Assembly: GCA_965116315.1 (NCBI GenBank) | Contig: OZ220672.1 | Span: 1,636,777 to 1,700,776, forward strand | From: Dehalococcoidia bacterium | GTDB taxonomy: Bacteria; Chloroflexota; Dehalococcoidia; Lucifugimonadales; CAJWER01 | Direction: 5' to 3' | DNA length: 64,000 bases | Shown: positions 45,659 through 55,066 of the stretch, in pieces | How the letters are laid out: every line of letters begins with the position of its first letter | Position numbering within the stretch: position 1 is the first letter of the stretch | The notes under the pieces: model-generated | Databases searched by the model: none | What the model saw: the letters and a program-made list of their open reading frames with translations, nothing else | Told to the model about the DNA's origin: nothing | Made by a program: the position numbers and the translations under genes

Positions 45659-46414
45659 TCACCGTCTGACGACGCCCTGGGGATCTCGCCTCGAAGCCCT
45701 CCGGTTGAGGGCGCGGTCGAGGATGCCGAAGGCGAGGTGGAGGCCCAACTCCGTCACTCTCTTGGACGGCTCCTCCTCCTGCTTGAGGAGGGCATGGGCG
45801 ATGAGGTCGGCCATCTGGAGCAGGTCGTCGTCCTGGGAGCTTCGGAAGGTGGGGCCGCCGATGATTCGCTCTATGGGAATGTTCCTGGTGGCCTCCCCGT
45901 CCTCCCACGCCTCGTACCTGCTGGGCACGGGGTTGCGGCTCCTGAGCCTGCCGTAGAGCCTTCTGACCATGTTCTCCCCGCCCTCGTCGAAGATGAGGTG
46001 GGCGTAGCGGCCCTCCCCGGCGACGGAGGTGTTGATGCGGTTGAGGAGACGGTCGAGGCTGACCCGCTCGTAGCCGTTGAAGTCGGCCTTGCGCAGACAG
46101 ACGTTGATGACCTCAATGCCCCCGCGATGGGCGGCGCTCTCGATGATGCGCAGGCCATCCATGAAAATCTCGGCCCCTTGCTCCGGGGTTAGCCTGCGGC
46201 CCGTGTTGTCGATGCGGGCCAGCTTGCCCCGTCCGGCCAGCAGGTCGCAGGCGTGCAGCTCCCGGCTGGTGGGGACGTTGTAGTCGCCTGCCATGGCGCT
46301 GCGCCAGTCCTGGATGGTGGCGTGCAAGCCGTTCCACCGCTCGGCGTCCACGCCCAGGGCGGAGCGGACGTAGCAGGTGGGGCCTTCTGACTCGTCGATG
46401 TAGTAGATTCTCAT
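45659..46414 (-). CDS. DUF3800 domain protein
   Basis: 251 aa. Begins MRIYYIDESE and has the distal LLQMADLIAHAL motif; both are characteristic of DUF3800 as I remember it. Confidence 0.7.
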   Translation of the reverse strand: MRIYYIDESEGPTCYVRSALGVDAERWNGLHATIQDWRSAMAGDYNVPTSRELHACDLLAGRGKLARIDNTGRRLTPEQGAEIFMDGLRIIESAAHRGGIEVINVCLRKADFNGYERVSLDRLLNRINTSVAGEGRYAHLIFDEGGENMVRRLYGRLRSRNPVPSRYEAWEDGEATRNIPIERIIGGPTFRSSQDDDLLQMADLIAHALLKQEEEPSKRVTELGLHLAFGILDRALNRRASRRDPQGVVRR

Positions 46415-46444
46415 GACGGCGGTTCTCCTCGTTGTGTTCGGGTT

Positions 46445-48076
46445 TCAGCGGCTGCTGAAGGCGTGGACCGGTTCGGGGAAGCCCGGTCTGCGCCAGGTGC
46501 GGCCCAGCGGCCCCTCCCGCTCGACCAGATCCCTGTGGGAGACCAGCAGCGGGACCTCAACCCCGGCCCGCGCCATCTCCTCCCCGGCGATGCGCAGGAA
46601 GTGGGTCTGGGCGATGTCGTCGTCGAAGACGACCAGCACGTCGGGCCGCGTCCCGTGGTCGTCGGTCGGGCGGCGGGACGAGTAGTAGCGCAGGTAGGGT
46701 GCGAGGCGGGCAGCCATCGTGACTGGCCTGACGGCCCGGCGCTCCCACTCCAGGAAGAAGGCCCAGGTCACATCGCCCTTGCGCAGGACGCCGAAGGCGT
46801 CTGGGTGGATGGAGCGGAGCCGGTCGGCGTGCCGGAAGTAGCGGGAGGCCCTGCGGGGCGGGTCGAGCTGGACGATCTCCCTTGAGCGGGAGCGTGCCTG
46901 CCTCGCCAGGGCCGCCATGAAACCGTGGACGGCGGCGGTGTGCTGGACGTTTCTGAGAAGCTGTCCCGTGCGCTTGCCGGAGACGGTGCGCCAATCGACG
47001 GCATCGCCGGTGGAAGCGGCGCTCCATCGCTTCCTGGAGCCGCCCACGGAGGCGCGGTCCCTCCGGGCCAGCATCGCCAGCCCCCGGTCGGTGACGGCGA
47101 GACGGCGGCGGCCCTCGACGGTCGTGACCGCCGCCAGGCTCAATGCGGTCAGCCGCCCGACGACCTCGGAGAGCCTCGACCGCTTCAGCCCCATCAGCGC
47201 GCCGAGGTGGACGGCGGTCAGCCAGGGCCAGTCGGAGAGCAGGTCGAGGGCGCGCTTCTCGAAGGGCTTGAGCAGGGCGGGCAGCATCCAGTCCTCTCCG
47301 GCCTTCATGTCCAGGTCTGCGGGGAGAGACGCCCGCGCCGGAGGCTCCTCGTCGAGCCAGCGGCCTCGCGGACCGGTGTGGTCGAGGACGGTGCGCAGGT
47401 CCAGGAGCGCTGCCCCGGAGGGGGTACGCCAGATGGGCGCACCGGCCCCCGCAGAGGAGGCGTCCCGCTCCAGGGCGAGGTAGGCGATGAACGGCGCTCC
47501 TGCCAGCAGCCTGCGGGCGTGGCGCAGCCGGGTCTCGTCGGGCATGAGCAGCAGCGCGGCGGCGGGCTGCGCCCCCTCCCTGAGCCGCCAGAGCCGCTTG
47601 GAGAAGCCGGTGCGGTCGGTGGCCGGTCCCTGCCTGACGATTGCGATCACGCGCCCGTCGGGGAGGGCGACGACTGCGTCCATCGGCATGGCGCGGTACC
47701 ACCGCAAGCGAATGGGGTGGGCGAGGGTCGATACGGCGGAGGCGATGCGGTAGACGACGCCAACGGCGTCCAGCCGCTCCAAGAGGAGCCGCCGCCACTG
47801 GTCCGAGACCGGTCGGCTGCGGAGCAGTCCGCCCACACTCTCGCCCTCCTTGCGGGCCAGCAGTCGCAGCCCCGCATCGGTGAGGCAGTAGCGGCGGGTC
47901 GCCGGTGTCAGATGGTAGGCGTGGGGGAAGGAGGCCACCAGCCCCTCGCATTCGAGACTCTCAACGGCCCGATAGACTGTGCCCCGCGACCAGCCGGAGA
48001 CTGCCACCGCCTCCAGCCGGTCGAGGAGGGGCATGTGGGAGAGCAGCCGCAGGGTGTCGGCTTCGACGCGCCTCAC
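46445..48076 (-). CDS. replication-relaxation (Replic_Relax) family protein with a duplicated module
   Basis: 543 aa from the GTG at 48076, which overlaps the T4CP stop (GTGA). The C-terminal half (HTAAVHGF...IHPDAFGVL...AFFLEWERRAVRP..LAPYLRYY) fits Replic_Relax. The N-terminal half repeats the wHTH + similar-module layout in degenerate form. Confidence 0.65.
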   Translation of the reverse strand: MRRVEADTLRLLSHMPLLDRLEAVAVSGWSRGTVYRAVESLECEGLVASFPHAYHLTPATRRYCLTDAGLRLLARKEGESVGGLLRSRPVSDQWRRLLLERLDAVGVVYRIASAVSTLAHPIRLRWYRAMPMDAVVALPDGRVIAIVRQGPATDRTGFSKRLWRLREGAQPAAALLLMPDETRLRHARRLLAGAPFIAYLALERDASSAGAGAPIWRTPSGAALLDLRTVLDHTGPRGRWLDEEPPARASLPADLDMKAGEDWMLPALLKPFEKRALDLLSDWPWLTAVHLGALMGLKRSRLSEVVGRLTALSLAAVTTVEGRRRLAVTDRGLAMLARRDRASVGGSRKRWSAASTGDAVDWRTVSGKRTGQLLRNVQHTAAVHGFMAALARQARSRSREIVQLDPPRRASRYFRHADRLRSIHPDAFGVLRKGDVTWAFFLEWERRAVRPVTMAARLAPYLRYYSSRRPTDDHGTRPDVLVVFDDDIAQTHFLRIAGEEMARAGVEVPLLVSHRDLVEREGPLGRTWRRPGFPEPVHAFSSR

Positions 48077-50700
48077 TCCTCGCCCTCCCCGTCGTCCGAG
48101 TCCTGGGCGGGCCTGCCCGTTGGCGGCTGGAAGTGCTTGCTGCGCGTGTCCTTGCGCTCCAGGTCCTTGGGCGCGTCCTTCTGCTCGTTCTTGGCAGCGT
48201 CCTCGCCCTCCCTGGCCTCCTTGACGGCCTTGCGGAACTCCTCGACTCGCCTGCGGCCTTCGGCCTGCTGCGCGGCGATCTCCTCGTCGGTGGTGAGGTA
48301 GGAGGCCGCCTCTGCGGTGATGCGCTCGGCTATCGCGGGGTCTCCGTGCTCGGGCTTGCCCACCATCATGGAGAAAGCGGGCATCCGCTCCTTCTCCACG
48401 GTGGCGCGGACGTAGCACTGGTGGACGGGGAGGGACACGATGTCCTCCTCGCTCACCCGGTCCTTGCCCAGCTCCCACACCATCTGCCTGGCGTCGTTGC
48501 CCGCCACCTGGAAGACGGCGAGGCAGCCCACGTTGGCAAGCAGGGTGTCGCGCATGGTGCGGGAGAGGTCGTCGAGCTTGGCGAGGCTCTGGGTGGCCAG
48601 CACGAAGCTGGCCCCGAACTTCCCCAGCTCGCTGAGCATCGACTCGTAGTCCACGCCGGGCATGGACTGCATCTCGTCCACCACCACCAGCGCGCCGCGC
48701 CTCTGCTCCGGGGCGAGGCTTCCCTGCTCCCGTATCAACGCGTCCACCAGGTTGAGGAGGGACGCGCCCACCAGGGCGGCCACGTCCTTGCCCGCCTTGC
48801 CCTGGGCGGTTGAGACCAGCAGGATGCCGCCGTCCCGAACGACCCGGCGCATGTCGATGGTGGATCGGGGCTGTCCCAGGATGGCCCTTGCCCGCTTGGA
48901 GGAGGCGTAGTAGGAGAGACGGGTCTGGACGGGGGCCAGGGCGTCGGCCCTGGTCTCGCCCCGCCAGCCCTTGAAGTCCCTCCTCCACCACTGGAGCAGG
49001 AAGGGGTCGCTCACCCTGGTCAGCACCCCGTTCTTGAACTTGTCGTCGGCCAGGAGCGTCAGCGCGTCCAGGATGGTGAACTGCTCGTCGTCGGCGGTGT
49101 CCGGGTGCTCGTTGGCCTCGTGGAGGGTCTTGACGGTCTGCTCCAGGATGGACTGCATCCTCGGCCCCCACTGCTCCCACAGGCCCTTGGCGATGCGCAC
49201 GACGGAATCGGCGGTGCGGTCGCGGTCGGAGAAGATGCGGGTGTCGAGGAGGTTGACGCCGGGCGCTCCCCGGTCGTCGGCCAGGTCGATGAGCCGCACC
49301 TGCCCCACGAGGGACTCCGGCACCTGACGGAGCAGGCCGCCCACCAGGTCGGCGTGGGGGTCGACGACGATGATGGCGTCTCCGTCCCTGCCCTCGGCCT
49401 TCTCCTGCATCTTGTGCCGGACGATGTGGTGCATCAACGTGGACTTGCCCATGCGGGTCCTCGCCACGTAGAGGTGGTGCCGTCTGAGCAGGTCGGCGGG
49501 GAAGCGGATGGGCCGGGGCTTGCCCGCCGTGGTCTGCCCCACCGGCGCTCCTCCGCTGACGCCCCTGGCGGCGGGCATCAGCACCCTCGCTCCGGACCGC
49601 TCCACCAGGGGCGTCTCGTCACGCGCTCCGGGCGGGTGCCAGAGGGCCGCCGCCTCGCGGACGCCCAGGACGCTGCGCCTGCCGAAGAGTCCCGGGCCGG
49701 AGGGGTGGAGCATCGAGGGGTCGGGCGCGACGGGCCGTACCTTGCTCACCTGGAAGCGCGCCCCGGCGGGATGGTCGTAATGGCAGTAGGCGGCGGCCAC
49801 CGGCTCAAGCATCTCCCTGGCGCGCCGCCGTCCATCCCCCGGTTCCTCCGTCGCCGGCAGGACCGCAGTGACCTGAAGCTCACCGTCGAAGGCGATGCGG
49901 GAGACCTTCTCCCTGATGAGCAGGGGGTCGTAGACCCGCTTTCCCGCCTTCTTGATGCGGTGCCACAGCCAACCGCCTGCGGCCAGGGCTGCGGCGACGC
50001 CGATTCCCATGGCCACGGCCTTCCACGTCTCGCCCGCCTGCACCCACAGGTAGCCCTTGAGGGCGGCCAGGGCGGCAACTCCGAGGACGGCCATCGTCAC
50101 GCCGTCCGTCTGGAGGGGCCGGGTCTGGTATGTGTAGGAGGGCTCGTACCGCTCAGGCACGGGTTTCTTGTGGGCCTTCTCCATGTGCGCCTGAGACCAG
50201 TCGGGTCCCAGGGAGCGAAGCATCAGCCGCGCCACGATGCGCTCGTTCTCCCCCAGGTTGGACAGTGCCCCCAGGAGAGCGATGAGCGGGTCCGAGCCGG
50301 GGTCGAGCAGGTCGTCGTCACGGAAGGTGCGCAGGGGGACGTACTCGGGGCCGTCGGCCCGCAGGGTCATGCTCCACGCCTGCTCACCCTCGTCCAGGCG
50401 CAGAGGGTCGTCCTCCATCGGCACATCGTGGATGCGGGCCTGGGGGTAGTGGGCCCCGATCTGTCCTTGCACCACCTGCCTGTCGAGGCAGCGGGCCAGC
50501 AGGGTCACGCCGTTCGTATCCCCCGCAAGCTCCAGGGAGAAGGGTTCGGGAACGGCGATGGACTGGAGCATGTTCTCCACGCCGAGCATGGTGCGCTCCC
50601 CGTCCCTGGGCGGCGTCACCGCCAGCAGCGCGGGTTTCCTATCCTCGTCTTTCGGCAGCCACTTCATCGGGTTCAGCTTCAATTGCTCTACTCCTTTCAT
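48073..50700 (-). CDS. type IV coupling protein (VirD4/TraD/TcpA-like ATPase)
   Basis: 875 aa. Two hydrophobic segments around residues 200-250. Walker A VARTRMGKST, Walker B ALVVVDEMQS, followed by FGASFVLATQS. Confidence 0.8.
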   Translation of the reverse strand: MKGVEQLKLNPMKWLPKDEDRKPALLAVTPPRDGERTMLGVENMLQSIAVPEPFSLELAGDTNGVTLLARCLDRQVVQGQIGAHYPQARIHDVPMEDDPLRLDEGEQAWSMTLRADGPEYVPLRTFRDDDLLDPGSDPLIALLGALSNLGENERIVARLMLRSLGPDWSQAHMEKAHKKPVPERYEPSYTYQTRPLQTDGVTMAVLGVAALAALKGYLWVQAGETWKAVAMGIGVAAALAAGGWLWHRIKKAGKRVYDPLLIREKVSRIAFDGELQVTAVLPATEEPGDGRRRAREMLEPVAAAYCHYDHPAGARFQVSKVRPVAPDPSMLHPSGPGLFGRRSVLGVREAAALWHPPGARDETPLVERSGARVLMPAARGVSGGAPVGQTTAGKPRPIRFPADLLRRHHLYVARTRMGKSTLMHHIVRHKMQEKAEGRDGDAIIVVDPHADLVGGLLRQVPESLVGQVRLIDLADDRGAPGVNLLDTRIFSDRDRTADSVVRIAKGLWEQWGPRMQSILEQTVKTLHEANEHPDTADDEQFTILDALTLLADDKFKNGVLTRVSDPFLLQWWRRDFKGWRGETRADALAPVQTRLSYYASSKRARAILGQPRSTIDMRRVVRDGGILLVSTAQGKAGKDVAALVGASLLNLVDALIREQGSLAPEQRRGALVVVDEMQSMPGVDYESMLSELGKFGASFVLATQSLAKLDDLSRTMRDTLLANVGCLAVFQVAGNDARQMVWELGKDRVSEEDIVSLPVHQCYVRATVEKERMPAFSMMVGKPEHGDPAIAERITAEAASYLTTDEEIAAQQAEGRRRVEEFRKAVKEAREGEDAAKNEQKDAPKDLERKDTRSKHFQPPTGRPAQDSDDGEGEE

Positions 50701-50734
50701 TACAGGTTCGGATGGACGGTTGAGCAGGCCGCGC

Positions 50735-53002
50735 CTAGTGCTTTCCCGGAATCCACTCGATCACCTCCGTCTCCTCCGGCGTGGCTTCGATGCGCACGGG
50801 GAAGCGGTGTCCCTTCGACAACAGGAGGCCGTCGCCGCGCGGACACGACAGCAGCCATCGCTGGAGGTCTTCGGGCAGGTCGAAGGCGTCTCCGACCGTG
50901 CTTATCGCCGCCGCGTCCTGCTGGAGGAGCAGCTTGAAGGCGGCGTTCTGAAGCAGGGCACGCCCGGAGTGCCCCGTGATGGCGCGGGACGAGTCTTCCG
51001 ACAGAAGGTCCTGGACGTCCTGGGTGATGAACTGCAACCCCAGCCGGTGCTTGCGGGCGCGCTTGGCCATAGACACCATGAATGCAGCGCCCTCGGGGTG
51101 CTGCATGATGCTCCAAACCTCGTCCACGACGAGAAGGCGGGGCTTGGGGTCCTGGGCCGCCGCCGCCCACACCGTCTCGGTGCAGACCATCGCGGCGGCG
51201 GGCCTCAGCTCCGGCTCCAGGAGGCGAAGGTCGAAGACGGTGACCAGGGCCTCGTTGCCCAGCAGGTCGTCTCCCTCGTCGGAGAGGAGGTTGCGCAGGC
51301 TGCCTGTGGCGAAGGGCCGCAGCAGCCGCGAGAGGTCCTCCTCCTCCCGTTCGAGGTAGGCGTAGAAGTCGCGGAAGCCGTTGCGCCCCCCGGCCCGGGC
51401 GTAGTAACCCGCAAGGGCGTGGTCGAGGGCGGCCCGCCGCTCGGCGGAAAGGCGCTCGCCGACCATGACCTCGATTAGTCGCCGGAGGCTGCCGATGCGC
51501 TGCAACAGCTCCTCGGAGTCTCCCTTGTCGATGACGAAGGGATTCATGCCCTGTCCGGGGACGCCGGGGGAGAGGACGCGCCCACCTGCGGCGCGGGCCA
51601 TGTCCGCGTACTCGCCCTCCGGGTCGATGACGTAGGCAGTCACACCCCGGCACAGGCCCCTCAGCACGCCCAGCTTTGTAGCGAACGATTTACCGCTCCC
51701 CGACCTGGCGAGGACGGCGGTGTTGGCGTTCAGGTGCGTTCCGTCCCAGGGGTCGTAGACGACGGGGGAGCAGGCCCGCATGTCGATGCCGTAGAGGGTC
51801 CCCCGGCGGGTGTCGAGGTCGGGCGGCGAGAAGGGGAAGAGTTGGGCCAGGCTCGACGTGTCGAGACTGCGCCACTCGGCGACGGCGTTCAGTCCCAGGG
51901 GCAACGTCGATAGCAGCCCCTCGCGCTGCCTGAACCCCAGGTTGTCCAGCTTGCCGAGGGTCGCCCCGAAGTGGCCCTTGGCCCGCTGGGTCATCTCCTT
52001 GAGGGACGCCTCGTCCTTCGCGTGAAGGGTGACGGACAACGACGAATGAAATAGCCGCTCCCTGCCGCGCTGCACCTCGTCGCGTAGACGAGTCACGTCC
52101 TCCAGGGCGATCTGCGCCTCCGGGGACATGGTGCGTCCCCGCTTGAACGACAGGGACTGGGCCGACTCGAATCGCACCTTCTGCCACTCCAGCGTCCTCG
52201 CGGCCTGCTCCGTGGGGATCGGCCCCAGGTGGATCGACAGGTCCATCGGCGCTCCCGCAGCCATGAGGTTCTGTAGGAAGCCGGGGGCCAGGGAGCGGGG
52301 CCACTTGCCCAGGTGAAGGGAGCGCACCAGCCGGTCGCCGATCCGCATCTCGCGTCGGCCCATCTCAACCTCGACCGGCGTGTCGGCGTCAAACTCCCCA
52401 GGGGTAGTTCCGAGGCCGGCAGATACGAGAAACATCCGCAGCCGCCTGCCGCCGAGGGGATGGACGGACAGCCCGGCCCGCGCCAGCAGGCCCCGCAGCT
52501 CGTCGAACCGGGAGTGCTCGCACACGGCGTAGAATCGCCGGTCGAGGATGCCGTCGCGGGACTCCAAGTCGGTCAGGAGCCCGCGCAGGGACTCGGCTGC
52601 CGCCTTCGTCTGCGGGGGCAGGTCGGGCGGCTGGGCCTCGGTGAGCTTGTCCCTCAGCCCGTCCAGGCGCGGGGGGTGCTGCCTGACGAGGAGCTGCACG
52701 GGGAAGTCGCAGGCGTTGAGCGCCCCGGCGAAGGCCCCCAGCTTCGGCTCGTCGATCTCAAGGCCCATCACCTCGCACACTCCCAGCTTCACCCCGTCCA
52801 GCCGGACGGGTCCGTCGCCTTCGAGGTGGGACAGCATGAAGAACAGGGGCAGGTCGGGCGGCGGCTTGGGGGCCGGTGCCTGGGGTTCGGTCAATTGGGA
52901 TGCCGACGCTGTGTCGGCCCCCGGGGTGTCTTGCGGAGCGGTCGCCGCTTCGGGCAACCCCTCCGCTCCGTCTCTCTTGAATCGTGCGATCAGCTTCTTC
53001 AA
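50735..53002 (-). CDS. VirB4/TrbE-family conjugative transfer ATPase
   Basis: 755 aa. Walker A VLARSGSGKSFATK, Walker B RLLVVDEVWSIM, RKHRLGLQFITQ. TTG start with AAGGAGAG 7 nt upstream. Confidence 0.85.
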   Translation of the reverse strand: MKKLIARFKRDGAEGLPEAATAPQDTPGADTASASQLTEPQAPAPKPPPDLPLFFMLSHLEGDGPVRLDGVKLGVCEVMGLEIDEPKLGAFAGALNACDFPVQLLVRQHPPRLDGLRDKLTEAQPPDLPPQTKAAAESLRGLLTDLESRDGILDRRFYAVCEHSRFDELRGLLARAGLSVHPLGGRRLRMFLVSAGLGTTPGEFDADTPVEVEMGRREMRIGDRLVRSLHLGKWPRSLAPGFLQNLMAAGAPMDLSIHLGPIPTEQAARTLEWQKVRFESAQSLSFKRGRTMSPEAQIALEDVTRLRDEVQRGRERLFHSSLSVTLHAKDEASLKEMTQRAKGHFGATLGKLDNLGFRQREGLLSTLPLGLNAVAEWRSLDTSSLAQLFPFSPPDLDTRRGTLYGIDMRACSPVVYDPWDGTHLNANTAVLARSGSGKSFATKLGVLRGLCRGVTAYVIDPEGEYADMARAAGGRVLSPGVPGQGMNPFVIDKGDSEELLQRIGSLRRLIEVMVGERLSAERRAALDHALAGYYARAGGRNGFRDFYAYLEREEEDLSRLLRPFATGSLRNLLSDEGDDLLGNEALVTVFDLRLLEPELRPAAAMVCTETVWAAAAQDPKPRLLVVDEVWSIMQHPEGAAFMVSMAKRARKHRLGLQFITQDVQDLLSEDSSRAITGHSGRALLQNAAFKLLLQQDAAAISTVGDAFDLPEDLQRWLLSCPRGDGLLLSKGHRFPVRIEATPEETEVIEWIPGKH

Positions 53003-53021
53003 CTTGGTACTCTCCTTTGTG

Positions 53022-53354
53022 CTAGGGGGTGGGGAACGGGACGAGGCCGCTTCTCAGCAGCGCGGCGACACCTTTGGCCAAGAGCACCAGCACCAGGCCA
53101 ACGACCGCCATCACCACGGCGGTCCTGGCCCTGCCGCCGCCCCGGTCGTCCGCGCCCTCGGCCATCAGGACGAAGCCCGCCCAGACGATGGCGAAGAGAC
53201 AGAGGCCGGAGGCGGCGTAGGCCATCGCGGTGAGAACCTCGTCGAAGGCCGCGAGCATGGTCCGCTCCTCCGGTGGGGCCGCGCCGGTGGTCGCCAGCGC
53301 GGCCCCAGCCAGCAGCGTTGCCGTCAGCAAACGCCTCACCACGGCCACTCCCAT
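53022..53354 (-). CDS. TrbC/VirB2-like pilin candidate (second copy)
   Basis: About 110 aa. Signal-like N-terminus MGVAVVRRLLTATLLAGAALATTGA, then two hydrophobic helices separated by a short charged loop. An alternative GTG start is at 53372. Confidence 0.5.
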   Translation of the reverse strand: MGVAVVRRLLTATLLAGAALATTGAAPPEERTMLAAFDEVLTAMAYAASGLCLFAIVWAGFVLMAEGADDRGGGRARTAVVMAVVGLVLVLLAKGVAALLRSGLVPFPTP

Positions 53355-55045
53355 CCCAATCGCTCGAACCACTCGCGTAGACCGCCCGCGTGCGTCTGCT
53401 CGGCGGGCGGGTCTTCCGGATCGGGCTCCGGCAGGACCAGGGCGACGTAGGGGTCGTCCGATCCCACGCCGGACGCAAGGCTCAACGTCTCCTCGCTGGT
53501 GCGCGTGACCGGCTCTCGCTCCACGACCTCGGCCTTCACGTGCTCCGGGTGGACGATGGTGAGGGTCACGTCCTTCTGGATCGTCCTGCCCGGCACGTGG
53601 GCGTAGGCGTAGGCGGAGACAGTGTGCTCCGTCGTGGTGCCGTCCTCGTGGGTGACGGTGATGGTCTCGCTGTCGCTGTCGGAGTCACTGGCCCCCGGCC
53701 TCCACAGACTCACCGTCTCGGTGCGCTCCTCCGTCCGTTCCGGGTGGTGGGTGAGCACGGTCAGCGGGGGTATGGGGATGCTCAGCGACGCCTGAAGGCT
53801 CACTTCCACGCTCACGTCATGGATGGCGTGGCCGACCGCTATGGGCAGGGTGAACGGCGTCTCGCCGTCGGCGACGAAGGAGACGCTGGCCTGCGACGCT
53901 CCGGCCGCTGCAACTAGCGTCCCCGTGATCGCCGTCACCCCGGCTTCCATGAGCGCCGTCTGGGTGACGTTCTCATGCCCGGTCACCGTCTGAAGCTCGA
54001 CCGGGTGCTCGATGAGCGCGACGCACTCGGACTCGACGACGCCCGTCACCACTCCCGGCGTCCAGCCGAGCGAGGTAACTCTCAGGTTGCAGAGCTCGCC
54101 CTCGACCTCCGGCAGCGGGTGCGGTATCCAGTCGTGCTCGACGGTAAACGCCCCGGCCTGACCCAGGCCGTCCTCCCACGAGAAGGTGTAGGATGGCACC
54201 GGGCCGTGCAGGGGGAGCGAGAAGTTCACCCGCTCCCCCGCGTTGAGGGTCGCCGAACCCCAGAATCGGAGCCAGTTCCCCTCCGGGCCGCCGTATGCCC
54301 GCGCGCGCAGGTCGATGTTGGTGGCTGCTCTCAGGGTCACGGCGGCCCGGTCTCCGGAGACGGTCAGGCCCTCGACGAATACCCGGCGGCCCTCCACCGG
54401 CTCGGCGATCTCGAAGTCGATCTCGTCCCGCCATGGCTCGTGGTCGTCGGCGAGCACGACCTGGGGGAGCGTGGCGGACGCCGCCAGTGTGACGGCGGCC
54501 ATGACCGCGAGGAAGCCATTCGGCTTCTTCCGGCGTTTGTCTTTGCCCTTTACGTTGACGTTCTTTCTGCCGACCTGCATCCTCCTGGGCTTGCCGAACC
54601 AGCGGTGGGGACGGAAGGGTTTTCTTCCCCGCCCGTGGTTCCTGCGTCGGCGCAGTCTCTTCAGAGTCTTTCCAGCCCGTTTCGCCATCAGGCTCAGCGG
54701 ACCGGGGCCGCCTTTCACCGGCTGCGCCGGCGCGGGCGGCTCGCTTCTCACCAGCTGGGATGGCGGCCCGACGTAGAGCCTCGCCCCCAGCCTGTACTTC
54801 AGGAGGTCGGCGGCCACCAGCGGCAGCCTCCGCCCGCCTACCTTCCCGACGACAGCGGCGATCCCTGATAGGCCGAACAGGACGGCAATCGCCATCCTCA
54901 CCTCGGACGGCCCCACGGGGGCGTAGCGGTATGCGCCGTAGGACAGAGCGCACACCGCCGTCAGCGCCACGATCTGCGGGAAGGTGAACCACAGCAGCAC
55001 CCTGTCTTCGGCCTGCACGTGGGTAGGTACCTCGTGTTCTCTCAT
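53336..55045 (-). CDS. PrgI/VirB3-like membrane protein fused to a large extracytoplasmic domain
   Basis: 569 aa. The N-terminus (HVQAEDRVLLWFTFPQIVALTAVCALSYGAY) fits the PrgI-family pattern. A basic linker and a second TM segment follow, then ~370 aa rich in V/T/E beta-like sequence. Confidence 0.55.
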   Translation of the reverse strand: MREHEVPTHVQAEDRVLLWFTFPQIVALTAVCALSYGAYRYAPVGPSEVRMAIAVLFGLSGIAAVVGKVGGRRLPLVAADLLKYRLGARLYVGPPSQLVRSEPPAPAQPVKGGPGPLSLMAKRAGKTLKRLRRRRNHGRGRKPFRPHRWFGKPRRMQVGRKNVNVKGKDKRRKKPNGFLAVMAAVTLAASATLPQVVLADDHEPWRDEIDFEIAEPVEGRRVFVEGLTVSGDRAAVTLRAATNIDLRARAYGGPEGNWLRFWGSATLNAGERVNFSLPLHGPVPSYTFSWEDGLGQAGAFTVEHDWIPHPLPEVEGELCNLRVTSLGWTPGVVTGVVESECVALIEHPVELQTVTGHENVTQTALMEAGVTAITGTLVAAAGASQASVSFVADGETPFTLPIAVGHAIHDVSVEVSLQASLSIPIPPLTVLTHHPERTEERTETVSLWRPGASDSDSDSETITVTHEDGTTTEHTVSAYAYAHVPGRTIQKDVTLTIVHPEHVKAEVVEREPVTRTSEETLSLASGVGSDDPYVALVLPEPDPEDPPAEQTHAGGLREWFERLGWEWPW

Positions 55046-55066
55046 GGTCTTCTCCTTCCCTTCCGT

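Noticed and set aside
46445-49180. 911-aa minus-strand ORF apparently fusing an Arg/Gly/Pro-rich N-terminus to the Replic_Relax protein
   Set aside because: The first 368 aa lie out of frame across the 3' part of the coupling-protein gene and look non-protein-like. A GTG at 48076 overlapping the T4CP stop gives a sensible start. The same reasoning dismisses 46557..47951, 46925..48301, 49105..50937, 50700..51653, 62432..63976, 4781..6652, 4536..5801, 2260..3549, 155..877 and similar shadow ORFs.
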